Below, one piece after another: positions 1 to 15,669 of a stretch of 64,000 nucleotides of DNA. The notes below the pieces were generated by a model that made no database searches, was not told the DNA's origin, and saw nothing but the letters and a program-made list of their open reading frames with translations. Position 1 is the stretch's first letter; each line of letters opens with the position of its first letter. Made by a program: the position numbers and the translations under genes. The stretch comes from Massalongia carnosa (taxonomy: Eukaryota), in NCBI GenBank assembly GCA_965645245.1, contig OZ287077.1:930001-994000 (forward strand). Direction: 5' to 3'.

Positions 1-418
1 TTTAAGGCCTGGCGACTGGGCAATTGTGATCTTGCACAGAAAGATTAGCCTTGGAGAAAAGGATGAAGGAGATCCAAGGTTCGAGTATGCCTTCATTACC
101 CCTCGGAATGCCGGCTCCAGCGGGTCGGGTCCTGGATTTTTAATCATGGACATAAGGTCTTTCCTCGTAGAGATAACGGACGCTACTGAAACGAAGCAGT
201 TGACAAAACATTGGGAGCGCACCCTGGGTGACAACAGTGTCATTCACCCATGTGACGAGCATGACGTACAGGGTATGATACGCTCGCTCTTTACCAAAAA
301 GCCCGATCCGCCAAAGAAAGCTGGCAGTGATGGCGGCCAGCCTACGGAGAATTCCAGGCTAGAAGCAGGCATAGTCTCACTTAAAGGTGATAATACCGGT
401 GAAGATCCAGCTCCTTGA
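1..418 (+). CDS. Probable 3' end of an unknown protein-coding gene, running off the left edge of the window
   Basis: Frame 2 is open from the window start to TGA at 416-418 and has plausible protein composition; no motif recognised. Confidence 0.35.
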   Translation, partial: LRPGDWAIVILHRKISLGEKDEGDPRFEYAFITPRNAGSSGSGPGFLIMDIRSFLVEITDATETKQLTKHWERTLGDNSVIHPCDEHDVQGMIRSLFTKKPDPPKKAGSDGGQPTENSRLEAGIVSLKGDNTGEDPAP

Positions 419-835
419 AAAGGTTACAAAGACTTATGGAAGCGTTGGCCTGCCTCGAGCTTCTCCATAGATAAAGTAGCTAAAGCACTGCAGTTAATAA
501 CTAGCTTAGACAGCCTTACCAGTTATAGATTATGATAGGGTCAATATTTTCATGCATGATGAATTTTATGTGCTCCCCCAAATGCGAAAGATACTTGCCT
601 GTGAGCTTGAAGCTCATAAGAGTCCAATCAGGGAGCTCACCTTTCAAATGACGAAAAGTGGCCCGACGAGAAGCCGAAGCGGAAATGCGCTCCAACATTA
701 TTACTCCACCCTCCCTCATGAGCATTATCCTCGTCATTACCCCCCGGCGCTAATACCATCCCCCCACTACCAATCCCCGCACTAAAACAACCAACCCACC
801 AACGAACCAACCAAATCCCTCTCAAACCCCCTCAA

Positions 836-1821
836 ATGTCCACCCGCCGCGGCGTCGGCCTCTCGGCCTTCCATAACCACAGCTCGGTCTCCACCTCGTA
901 CGCCACGCACGGGGCATCCCTCCGCAGCACGCACCTCTCCGCCCTGCGTACGCAACTCTCCGTCTTCCAGTCCCAGCTGCATGCCTTCGCTCTGCAACAC
1001 GCCGACGCGATTCGCTCGCAGCCCGCCTTCCGTGCCGAGTTCACGCGCATGTGCGACGCCATCGGCGTCGATCCCCTGGCTGCGAGAGTCAGCGACGCGA
1101 ATCTCGAGAAGCGACCGGAGGGGGGGGGGGGGGGGAGGAGGAGGGGGGGGGTGGTGGGGGGGCGGTGGAAGTGGTGGTGGTGGAGGGGGGCTTTTGTTGG
1201 CAGCGGCGGGGAAGAGGAGAAGGAGCAGGTGGGGGCAGGGAAAGGGAGGAGGGGAGGCCGGGGATTTGCAGCTGAGGCTGGCGATGCGCGTGGTGGAGAT
1301 TTGTCGAAGGGGCAGGGCCGAGAATGGTGGATTGTTGGCTGTGGGCGAGTGTCGGGAAATGGTCAAGAGCCGGCAGGCGATTGGTGGTGAGGCGGAGGTT
1401 ACCGAGTACGTTTCCCCTACCTCCCTCTGCACGCTAGTCTTCGCCATAGTGGGGCGTTATCGGGAAAAAAAGAGCTGATTCCGTGGTTCCCTCCTTGGTT
1501 TTGCCTTGCAGCGAAGATATCCTGCAGGCGGTGGAATCGCTCCGCCCGCTCGGCTCGGGCTTCTCGATCGTGACGGTCGGCAGCCGGCAGATGATCCGGT
1601 CGATTCCCAAGGAGCTTGGTACCGATCAGGCGACGGGGCTAGAGGCTATCCAGGCGCTTGGCTTCATCACGGCGCGCATGCTGGAGAATAATCTTGGGTG
1701 GGAGCATGAGCGGGCGGAGACGGTGTTGGAGGATCTGTTGGCGGACTCGCTGGTGTGGGTGGATCTTCAGACGGAGCAGAGGGAATACTGGGCGCCACCT
1801 ACGGACACCGGGGAGGACTGA
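836..1821 (+). CDS. SNF8: ESCRT-II subunit Snf8/Vps22 (EAP30 family); intron 1406-1511; apparent +1 frameshift in the G-run region 1120-1190
   Basis: N-terminal RRGVGLSAF...FRAEFTRMCDAIGVDPLA; then, in another frame, AMRVVEICRRGRAENGGLL; exon 2 DILQAVESLRPLGSGF...RSIPKEL...WVDLQTEQREYW. Intron GTACGT...TTGCAG. Confidence 0.9.
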
Positions 1822-2017
1822 GATGAGGGTTTAAGAGGTTGTTGGTATAGTGAAAAATGCATTCATTCGTGTAGGCTTACATACTTTCCTGTCCATATGT
1901 TTCCAGCCAGCTCGGCGATTTAAGGCGCTACAGAGCAGTGCCCCTTGCCTAATCAAAGGTATCCGTCGACAGCCGCAGCTCGCAAACGCTAGACCCTCAA
2001 TAGGAAACTACGGCAAC

Positions 2018-4796
2018 TTAGGCCTTGATCGCACCGCCCAGAGCACCTCCTCCAAATTGCTGCCCACCGCGCGTTCGACTTCCCCCTCTATCGCCTCGCT
2101 GACCCCCCCTCCCCCCTCGTCCACCACGTCCGCCTCTTCCACCCTGGCCACCTTGTCGCTCAAACGCGTTGGCAGTTCCTTGAGTCCGTTGCTCCAACGT
2201 TCTCTCGTTGGCCTCGAGCAGCCCGCTTGCTTTGTCGCTGAGTGTAAGTGCCAAGCTCTGCAACCTTGACAACTCCACACCTTTCCGGAAAATGATTGCA
2301 CTGTTGACTTGATCTAGCGCAGCTGCCAATTCCTCGTGCGAAATCATTTTGCTGACGACCGCAGCTACCTTTGTCTCCGAAAGCTCGAACATGGAGGCGA
2401 GGGTGCTCACGGCAAGAGTGTCATAAAACGGAGCATAGGTGAACAGGTATGTTCTCAAGCCTTCCTCTTGAATCTGCTCGGACAACATGTTCTTGATCTT
2501 TTCGGATTCAGCCATTAGCTCCCAGATCTTAATTGAATTTATGAGCTCGGCTGCCTTCTTCCATTCGCCAGCCGCTAATGCTCTCGAAGCTTGCATGACA
2601 TGATCACGCGTGTTCTCAGGCGGGCCGGTGAAGATCTGGCGTTCGTGGAATTCGAGAAGGCGACGGTACGTCTTGCTGATAATTCTCTTCTTGATATCAG
2701 GGGATGAGCCTGTCTGTGCAAGAAGGGGGATTTCGAGAAGCATGGAGCAGGTAAGATATACGCATTCGAGAAGCTCAAGGTTAATGTGCATGTGGAAGGG
2801 TAGTTGTCGTTGACGCTCTAGGCGCTCCTGCTCCGGTGTTACTTGGGAGTATCGCTGAATCATAACGCCCTGAGCCAGAAGCTCCTTTTGTCTACCGCTC
2901 CCGCAGATCTCCTGCAACGTAATTTGCGATTCATAAACAAGATTAGCCCTGAAAGCGCACAAGCCTACCTGCACTAAAGTGCGATTGAATAGAATCTGGG
3001 TATTAATATTGAAATTACCAATTGTCTCCTGCAAATGGGACATCAGCAGCATGTCTCGAGCTCGGTAGTACTGGTCGTGAAGAGCGAAATAGTATACTTG
3101 GCACAAATATGCCCTGGCCCGAATGATATCCACACTGTGTTTGAAGAGATAAGTGCTCAACGTCCGCACCAATGCGGCTGTATCTGGGGAGCTTCTGCGG
3201 GGGGTGACATCCGAGTTTAATTGACATGGAATTGCATTCCATGCCGTTTCTTCGAGTATGTTCACTACTTGAGCGGGCTAAACATAAAATATCAGCGCTT
3301 GAGCGATTCTTAATTTTTCTGTGTTGTGGTAAACCTTAAAGTAGATGTGTTCAAGCCGCCTCATTACCACTCGGTTTGCGCTGTCTTGAGCTGTCTCAAG
3401 CTTGGTGTCCCTTTGAAGGTCTTCCACATACAAAAGACCCCGGATGATGTTTGTGTAAAGTGCCTGTTCATCACTGAGTCTTTCGATATATTCCGCTGTG
3501 TGAGGATCTATATGCTGAAGGGACCGAGTAAGCTCATCATCGAGACGCTCAATAATCGAAACAATACTGCCTGGGATGCGCAGTTTTTCACCAGCAACAG
3601 GTTGTGGTGGTTTCTCGTCATCCTCCCACTCCTCCGCATTTTCAAGCACGACCATATTCCGATTATCTTCAAGGACTTCTAAAAGCTTGCCAAACTCATG
3701 CTCGGCCCTATAAATAGTTTTAGACATGTCTCCTAATCTAAGGCTTCCAAAAAAATAGTCTTACAGTTTCCATTGCTCTTGCGGCATAAATGTAGCAGTT
3801 GAACCCGATGTCAAATCAAAGCGTGTTGAAATCAACGTCAACAAGACCCGAATGGTCTGATATGGAGTAGTAGCCACGGCTAGCAATTTCTCCATTATTC
3901 TGATTTGCTCCGCACGATCGGTATTCTTCTTTCCTCGAGACTCAACGATTGACCGTAAATGCTTGAATATACTCTCAGGGGTATACTGTAGAGTTTTCCC
4001 TCCACGACCGACTGTCTCAAAGCCTTCGTCATCTCCAACATCAATACCCTCAACATAAACGGACCAGCCTCGAACATCGTGGATACTAGATATGGCTATG
4101 GCCGGCACTACAGCACCTAGATCCTCCTCCTCATCCGACATCATGTATTCCCCTTTGTCTTCTCGATACTTGTCGATCTCGGCTGTATAATCTTTGTTGT
4201 TCTTCTTGATCTTCTGCTTCATTGCATTGAGGCCTTTCGCGTTGGTAGCATTCATTTTCTTAGTCGAAACCTTCTGCTTGGCGATAGTCTCATTCATAAA
4301 GTCTTCGAGATCGGAGATGGTCTTGACATACACCTTGGGTGTTTTATCTTGGGTAGTCATCTTGGTAACCTGGCGATTAAGTTTATCAAATTCTAGGAGA
4401 TAAATTATAGAGTTAGCTCTGCTGACACCGCAGTATCATTTATAGCTGACCTGTAGATATCGAGCTCCAATCGTTGATTTTTTCTGCATTCTCTATCAGT
4501 TTCACAACTGTTTCTAATTCTTCCACTCGTTTGTCCTTTGCGCTCTTCACGATGGTAACCTTATCTTCGTCTTCGCTCTCATCGCTTGAGACCTGATCTC
4601 GTAGAAACTTAGATACTCCCGATTTCCCTTGTCCCTCCGAGTCTGAAGAGGATGCGTCCTCGTCATCTGAAGCTTCTTCATCCTCATCAGATCCATCTTC
4701 CGACTTTTGTTCTGCTTCCTCTTCGCTGTAAAGCTCTTCTTCGTCTGAGGAACTGCTCTCACTGGAGCTATCACCTGGAGTAAAGAATCTAGACAT
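2018..4796 (-). CDS. NIP1: Translation initiation factor eIF3 subunit C; exons 4796-4451, 4392-3765, 3707-3335, 3277-2018
   Basis: MSRFF start, acidic N-terminus, [57 protein letters not shown] domain; GT-AG introns join the ORFs in frame. Confidence 0.97.
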
Positions 4797-5246
4797 GTTG
4801 GATTAAGAGCTTAGGAGACGAGTATTGAAAATCTACACATTGGTAAAAACGCTATAGTGTGAAAGTGTGGCTAAAGTTTAACCGAGACTTTTTACAGCTA
4901 GTAATACAAGATTTAATCGTCGGCCTCGCTTAGCTGCCTCCATACGAGGTGTACCACCTCTAGTCGGGGAAAGCGGTCTGCGTAGGCAAGCGATCTGCGT
5001 AGTTTCAATCTCAGGATTCACCCATTTTACCACCTATTTTGCAGCTTTTTGCAACACTTCTCGACCGCAACCTACGACCGTTAGCTGTTATTATTCATAC
5101 CATAGATAGATATCAACTGCACATCCTAACTACTCATTGATTAACCGGGATATTCACCTTTATTCAATCGCGACCGCATCAGTTGCATGCCTCCTATTTC
5201 GTCAATCACTCTCTCCCTATTTCATCAACCGCTCCCCACCTCAATC

Positions 5247-6395
5247 ATGAATAGCAGCAGCATCATGAATAAGAACCTTATTATAACCAGTGATTCTATT
5301 GCAACGCGCGTGCAAAATGCTAAGCAGTTTTATTAGAAAACCCCAAGGAGAGCATCGTTTGCGCTGCTCGAATCTTCAACCTCGTCGACATCACTCTATA
5401 CAGTTCAATTGAACGTGAAAAGATGCCGTCGAAGAAAATTGAAGGGTAGAACAAAATACTAGAGGAGCATCAGGTCAGAGCCATTCACGAATTCATTCGA
5501 TCTCTGAATGCGTATGGCATTCAACCTACTCATAAAGTGGCTTTTGCTGCCATTAAGACTCTGAAACGTGCTCAAGATGCCGAATTCAATGATCCAAGTC
5601 CGCGGTGGTTTAGGCAACGGTGGGAAGACAATGGCCTGCACAAGATAAAGACTAAGCCGCTGGCAGTTGTTCGATATACTGCGGCTCGGGAGTCAGATGT
5701 AAGATTATGGTTTGATCGATATCAGCGGGTTCTTGCAGAGTTGGGGATAACTCATTCACAAGATATCTGGAACTTTGATAAAGCAGGATTTCGAGTTGAG
5801 TGTATGAAGGGTCATGAAATTCTACTTCCATCAGATATTAAGGAGTTCTATTCAATCAGTCCAGAAAATCGCAAATCTCTCATCATAATCGAAAGCATCA
5901 ACGCCGCCGGTCATCAACCACCTTCTCCCGTTTCAATTATGCAAGGTCGTAGAATAATGCAGAACTGGTTCCAAGAGGGGCTGCCCACGGGGACTCTGAC
6001 TGAAGTATCAAAAAGTGGGTTCATCACCGATAAAATAGCAATTGAATTTTTGAAGCATTTCATTGCGAATACAAACTCGGGGCCTACAAAGCAGTAGAAA
6101 TTGATGCTCATGGATAATCATGGGACTTAGTTATTGCACCCCTGAGTTTATAAAGCTTGCCAATGAAAATCACATTCGCCCTCTTCCCCTGATACCACAT
6201 CTGACTCATTGTATGCAACCCCTTGATGTGGGCGTATTTCAACCCTATAAGCATTGGCATGATAAGGCTATCCAAGATGTCCTTGCAGAGATCAACACTA
6301 AGAATAATGAGAATGATGAGGGTGATGAGGGTGATGAGGATGAGCAGTTTAACTTTTATCAAGGGGGCTATCGTCAGACTAGGAGTAACTATTAG
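5247..6395 (+). pseudogene. Degenerate pogo-family DDE_1 transposase of element A
   Basis: WNFDKAGFRV, LMDNHG, HCMQPLDVGVFQPYKHWH motifs; several stops and frameshifts; the C-terminal region present in element B is missing. Confidence 0.88.
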
Positions 6396-6737
6396 AACGC
6401 ACAGTTGATATATATCTACTTATTAATAATGTTTGCAAATGAGGTTGAAAATAAAGCAAATGGAGGTTGCAAATCATGATGAGACGGCGTCGCAAATGAG
6501 TTGTAAATAGGTGATAAAACTGGTGAAATTGGAAAAATATAATGCATTCCCGGTTGATAAATTAGCAGTTAGGATGTGCAGTTGATATCTATCTATGGTA
6601 TGATTAATAACAGCTAACGGTCGTAGGTTGCGGTCGAGAAGTGTTGCAAAAAGCTGCAAAATAGGTGGTAAAATGGGTGAATCCTAAGATTGAAACTACG
6701 CAGATCGCTTGCCTACGCAGACCGCTTTCCCCAACTA

Positions 6738-9227
6738 ATCGTCGGCTAGTCGCTCGCTTAATCCTCTCCCTCCAAGAAGCATTCGCTTCTAGTCGGGGAA
6801 AGCAATCTTCGTAGGAAAGCGAAGCTTCACCACCACATCACTAAAGCACCACCGCATCATTTAAATTACTATTACATTTACTATCACATTATTATATTAT
6901 TATCACATCATAAACCATTGCTATCTATATCTACAATGGATTCTGTATCCTTACAAACACGTATTAGTGATGCTAAAACATTCTTGTTGGAAAATCCTGA
7001 CGAACGAACTGCATGCGCAGCTCAGATATTCAAAATTCGGCCTACAACGTTGTACAGCTCTATTGCGACTGATAAGAAATCTTCTTTTTCTGATATGAAA
7101 TCTTCTTCTAACAAGAAATCTTCTTCCAGTGCAAAAAGTGCAAGAGGTGGACAAAACAAAATACTTGAGGAGCATCAAGTAAAAGCGATTCATCACTTTA
7201 TTCGATCGTTACTTGCACAGGGTATTCAGCCATCGCACGGAGTTGTATTCAATGCAATTGTCAGTTTAAAACGCGGGCAAAATCCTGAGTCGAGTGGACC
7301 TACTCTACGCTGGTTCAGAACATGGTGGAAAAAGAATAACCTACACAAGATCAAGACTAAGCCATTAGCAATGATACGATTCACCGCTGCACAAGAGAAG
7401 GATATACAAGCATGGTTTGTAGATTATAGACAAGCTTTAAAGATGTTACAGATCAAAACAAAGAAGAATATTGTCAATTTCGATGAGGCAGGCTTTCGTG
7501 TTGGGTGTATGAAAGGGCATCAAATTCTGGCACCCACAGACGTATTAGAAGTTAGATTCTATATTCTTATTCATTTATTCAGCAAGTTAAATATATATTT
7601 AGTTCTATGCGATAAGTCCTGAAAATCGTAAATCTCTCACGATATTTGAATGCATCAATGCAGCGGGCGACTATCCTCCACCACCTTTAATTCTTATACA
7701 AGGACATGAAATCATGATGGACTGGTTTTCAAAAGAGCTGCCAAAGGGAACTCGAATTATACCTTCAGAAAACGGATTTACCTCTGACAAGATAGCACAG
7801 GTATTTCTTCAGCATTATATTGATCATTCAGACTCTGGACCAGAAGCAGACTGGAAAATAATGCTCATGGATAATCATGGCAGTCATTGTACTCCTGAGT
7901 TCATAGCACTTGCTAACATAAATCACATTCGTCCTTATCCACTTATACCGCATCTTACACACTGTATGCAGCCGCTTGATGTTGGAGTATTTCAACCTTA
8001 TAAACACTGGCATGATATGGCAATTCAAGATGCTCTACTGGAATTTAATGTTGAGTATACATTACAGCGATTTCTTGCGGATCTTACTAAGATACGTGAT
8101 AATACTTTCAAGAAATGTACTATTCGAAGTGCTTTTGAGAAATCAGGAATGTGGCCTGTTAATGCTAAAAACTGCATCTCACTGCTTAAAACTTTCAAGC
8201 CGCCTGCTGCTCAAGAAAAGCTACACAATAAAGAAAAAGAGCCCACTCTTCCAATCTTGCCTCATATTTAGCCAACATCCTCAATGGATGTTGAAATAGG
8301 ACTTCAAACATGGCAGAAGAAAATTCAACAAGGAATGTTGTGGAGTGATCCGGCTCGCTCAGAGCAATTTGAGTCGTTTGTTAATAATACAAAAAACGTT
8401 TGTACACAAGCTACGTTTAATGATATTCAATTATCTATATATCAGAAAAGAAGAGAAGATGACTTAAAACAGAAATCTACCTCTCGTAAGCGATTACGAA
8501 CCTTAGGTTCAGGATTAGGGCTTACTAAAGAGAATGCTGAGGAGATGCTTGCAGCAAAGGAAAAACAAGCTAAAGAAACAGAAGCAAAGAAGCAGCATCA
8601 GACATGGATGAAGATTTGGCGTATGGAAAGAGACGCCAAATATGCCGAAGGAGTGATTGCTCGAAAGCAAGAAAGAAAACGTTTACGACAAATTAAAGAG
8701 CTTTCAAAACAAGATCTTGCTATTTCCTCCGAGCATCTTATTCCTATTCCCGATCCCGAAGCAATTTGGAAGGCAACAGATGTTACTTGGCAAGAAGAAG
8801 AGAGAAAGAAAGCGAAAAAGACTAAATCTCAAGTATATAATGAAGATGAAGATGAAGATGAGGCGGAGACAACATTCATCACAGATGTTACAGGTGATTC
8901 TTCTTTGCAAAGAGATTTTCTGCCGTTTGATGAAGACGATACTGATGGAGGCAACGAGTCTGACAATGATGTACAAGAACAATTAGGATATTACTAGGTT
9001 TCAGCTCTTTATTAAAGCGGCAATAGTAATTTAACGATATGATAATAAATAATAATGTGATAGTAAATGTAATAGTAATTTAAATGATGCGGTGGTGCTT
9101 TAGTGATGTGGTGGTGGTTTAACGTTGCGAGCCTACGAAGCTTCGCTTTCCTACGAAGTTTGTTTTCCCCGACTAGAAGCGAATGCTTCTTGGAGGGAGA
9201 GGATTAAGCGAGCGACTAGCCGACGAT
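6738..9227 (+). mobile_element. pogo/Fot1-type DNA transposon B nested in the right TIR of element A
   Basis: TA duplication at 6736-37 and 9228-29; long TIRs beginning ATCGTCGGCTAGTCGCTCGCTTAATCC (6738-~6900 and ~9045-9227). Confidence 0.93.
6936..8997 (+). pseudogene. Near-intact pogo transposase; intron 7551-7602; one in-frame premature TAG at 8269-8271
   Basis: NFDEAGF, MDNHGSH and MQPLDVG DDD motifs. Splicing 7551-7602 gives EFYAISPENRKSL, matching element A. ORFs 7714-8271 and 8284-8997 are in the same frame. Confidence 0.88.
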
Positions 9228-10143
9228 TAGAGGTGGTACACCTCGTATGGAGGCAGCTAAGCGAGGCCGACGATTACTGATTAGGCTTAGTTACGGGCTG
9301 TTTGGGAGTTATTCATCTATTTCACAGGTTCACGACGGAATGTTCCTTTTTTTACTATCTCTAACAAATTATCTTCTAATTATTCTCCAAAATATCTGAA
9401 CTACATCAGTAAACAGTGACAGCTACGAAACAAGTGACTCGCAAAAGAACGAAATTAAGTCTACTCGGATAAAGTTTACGGATATGAAATCTGAGGCGTA
9501 CGTCTAGGAGAATAGGGTGTACATACTGCTAGCTGTTAGAGTACATTTACTTAAGACAAACAACACGCAAAAAGTCATACTTTCTTTGAATACCAATCTT
9601 TGATTGGCTACGCTACAAGAGATGTTCATGAAGACAATGATTTGGTTACCCAATGGCAGTGCTTAAGTTTCATTGGGGCCTTCGCGATCACGGCTGGATG
9701 TTCGTCCAAGTACCCGAAGCCTAGACTGCATTTTCCTGTGGCTGAGAATGAGTCGTGTCTTTCAAATTCTCCCGCCAAGCCCTGGGACGCTCCTACGGCA
9801 AAATAACGTGTAAAACAAGTCATAGAGTGACTGCCTAACGCATATAAAATGGGGCAAGGCCAGTAGACATGAAAATTTACCGGCTGTGGTAGGCGATGCG
9901 GTCTGAATGGTGCTACCAGTATGCAGGCTCAACACTGGTACACAAGACTGGTTCAGGTGTTTCAATACTTCTCCCTGGATCCTTCTACATAACCATGATT
10001 TCGTAGTTGAATAACAGGCAACCAGACACTGTTATTTTCCAAGGCTGGGTCTTCGATGATGACATATGCTCAGCCTTCATGACCAAGTATGCTTGCGGGC
10101 AGACGAAACAGGCGTATCTAGAATCTTTGCCTCCATAGTTGAT

Positions 10144-13248
<3,105 letters not shown>

Positions 13249-13965
13249 ACTACCTTCTTACTCTCAATATTGACCCTAGACTTGACGTTGTCGAGATGCG
13301 AAAACGAAGTGGTTCACTCCGCGTAAGCGAAACACTTAAAGACCGCCCAGAGAAGTCCTATCAAGTGTACTACTACCCTCAAGAGCCCTGTTGTATTGAA
13401 TTTAGACAGACAGATACCAAGATCTGCGGATTGTCTGTTGCGCTGTTCGTTGTCTAAGCGTTTCTGTAAGTTGTAGAGACAACCAAAATGCTTAACGGAT
13501 CACGACATTAATTTTGAGAGTCGGTGGATGGACGTTGGCTTGAACAGATATTATGAAGCAGAACTTGGCTGTTTGGCTATCGTGATGGTCCAAAAGATTG
13601 GTGTTCTTGTCTGCACTCGTATGACTTGGGCGGTAGAGTGAAATTGGCGAGCACTGCACCCGGTAATTACCTCGGATTCCTTCAAAAGCGTTTATTGGCC
13701 TTGAAGTTATACTGTAAAACTATCCAGGTATGGGCGCGGTAAGGGTAATGTTGCATGCTTGGAACATTGGCACAACGAGAATCCGATTGGATTTGGGATA
13801 AACAGAGTCAGTCCATGACACCTCCGCACCAAATGTTACTCTGGATGATTGACGATGGCTGATGGCTGAGGAAAGGTCCTGCGCAGGACCCTGATTTAGG
13901 CTTAGCTTGGGCCCTCGCTTAAGTACCTAGCGGTACCTAAGTGTGCTAAGGTAGCACGGTAGTTA

Positions 13966-15302
13966 CAGTACTAGGTCAAAAGTTTCCGACAGCCCCACCA
14001 TCAACTTTTTACCCTCCCACTGCTTTGAATTATCAACTATCAAGTTGTTATTTTGATGTCTTGAAACTTCGTACGATGATTACATACATTATAGCAAGCA
14101 CAATGGGCTGAGAAAATATTTTTAATATTTCGTATACCATCCTTTTGACTGGATGCAAGCTTCAATCCTCCTTTCCATGCTGTCTACTAAACTCTTCAGC
14201 ATTTCCTCATCTATCAAGGCCCATGCTTCTTCCAAAGCTTTCCAAAGTACCTTGCGGACCCTATCATCACTACCAGTCACTGAGTCGATGTCCGGATTGA
14301 CCTGGTAGACGAGCTTCTTGAGCACGTACCAAACGTGCTCGATGGGATTCAAATTAGGGGAATAAGGGGGCCAATCGATGACTGTTATACCGTTTTCATC
14401 GAACCATTTCTTCACCTTTTTGGTAGTGTGAATGGGGGCATTATCCTGCATGAAAATGAGACCTGGTTCCCAAATTCCAAGCAGATTATCGTTCAATAAT
14501 TCCAAATATGAATTCGCGGAGTACCCCATCTTCTTTGCCTCGAAATCGCGGGCCAATTTGTAAAGATCCGACCTCCCCCCCCCCAAAAAAGCCCCCCATA
14601 CCATGACCTTGACCTCTTTTCCTTTGCCGTACGGTTGTATCATAGGTTTTTTCCATTTTTCGTCCGGAAACCTAAACACCCATTGACGCTGTTTTCCCGA
14701 CCCCTTTTCCACCGAGCACTCGTCTGACCATATTATTTTTGACCACTGCTCAAAAGTCCACTCACGCCGAAGCAAGCACTAGTCTAGTCTCTTCTTTGCC
14801 ACCTCGGGCGTCAATAAAGGTCGCTTTTTTGCTAGCCAGTTTGTTATACCATAGTCTTTGAGCGTCCGATAGAGAGTGGATCGACTACATTGCACCTCAA
14901 CCTCCGTACGCAGCTGCGCGTAGGTGATGCGTGGATTGATTCGCGCAAGTTTGATGATACGTCTTCGATCACGGTTCGAAAATATTCTAGGCCGACCCGA
15001 TCGCGATTTGGACTTTTCGTTGTTGCGTTCTGGGTGATTTTTGAAGAGTGTAAATGACGGTAGTTCGAGGCACATTTAATGTCTTTGCAGTTCGGCCGGT
15101 GCATGTCCCAACGCCTGGGCTCCAATAATCATACCTCTTTGACATTGATTCAATTCGGTATTACGAAGCTTATTACCAGAAATTCAAGTCAACGGAGTGC
15201 GTTGCATGGTGAAATGATAAGGTCAAAGTTGATGGGTTGGTAGGTTAAAACGCGAAATCACGAAAATCGCGGGTAGAGTCGGAAACTTTTGACACGGGAC
15301 TG
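13966..15302 (-). mobile_element. Tc1/impala-like DNA transposon of ~1.34 kb
   Basis: Flanked by TA; imperfect ~25-bp TIRs CAGTactagGTCAAAAGTTTCCGAC and CAGTcccgtGTCAAAAGTTTCCGAC. Confidence 0.9.
14122..15207 (-). pseudogene. Tc1-type DDE transposase with in-frame stops and a frameshift
   Basis: SRSGRPR HTH linker, IWSDECS, FMQDNAPIH, WPPYSPNLNPIEHVW, KGWYTKY; broken N-terminal half. Confidence 0.9.
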
Positions 15303-15669
15303 TAGGCCTCTAGTCGCACCATGTATGTACCAACCTTTACCTAATGTAACTCAAATATGTAGTCCTGTCTAAACTACAAGTACCTAAAACATCTATCTAT
15401 CACGCTTCACAGAAACTCACAATAGCTGACAAAAACTGGCCATATATACCTTCATCATAAGATCTAGTTGTGAATGACCATAGATGCAGCTGAGTTTTCC
15501 TATGTATTAAGGCGGGCACGTGGCTTCTCACCTCAACAACTCCAAGGCATATTAATCTGCAGTAGTACGGGTGCTCAGATTGTGCTTAAAATACCCGATA
15601 ACTTTGGAGAAGGTGTTTTCTATGGCCTTGGTCAGACCTGTCTTGTCGCCAGAGCATTCACTGTACATA

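Larger units (their letters stand above)
4916..9274 (+). mobile_element. pogo/Fot1-type DNA transposon A; internally deleted, right TIR interrupted by element B
   Basis: TA at 4914-15 and 9275-76. Left TIR of about 230 bp begins ATCGTCGGCCTCGCTTAGC; its inverted copy is split into ~6550-6737 and 9230-9274. Confidence 0.92.
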
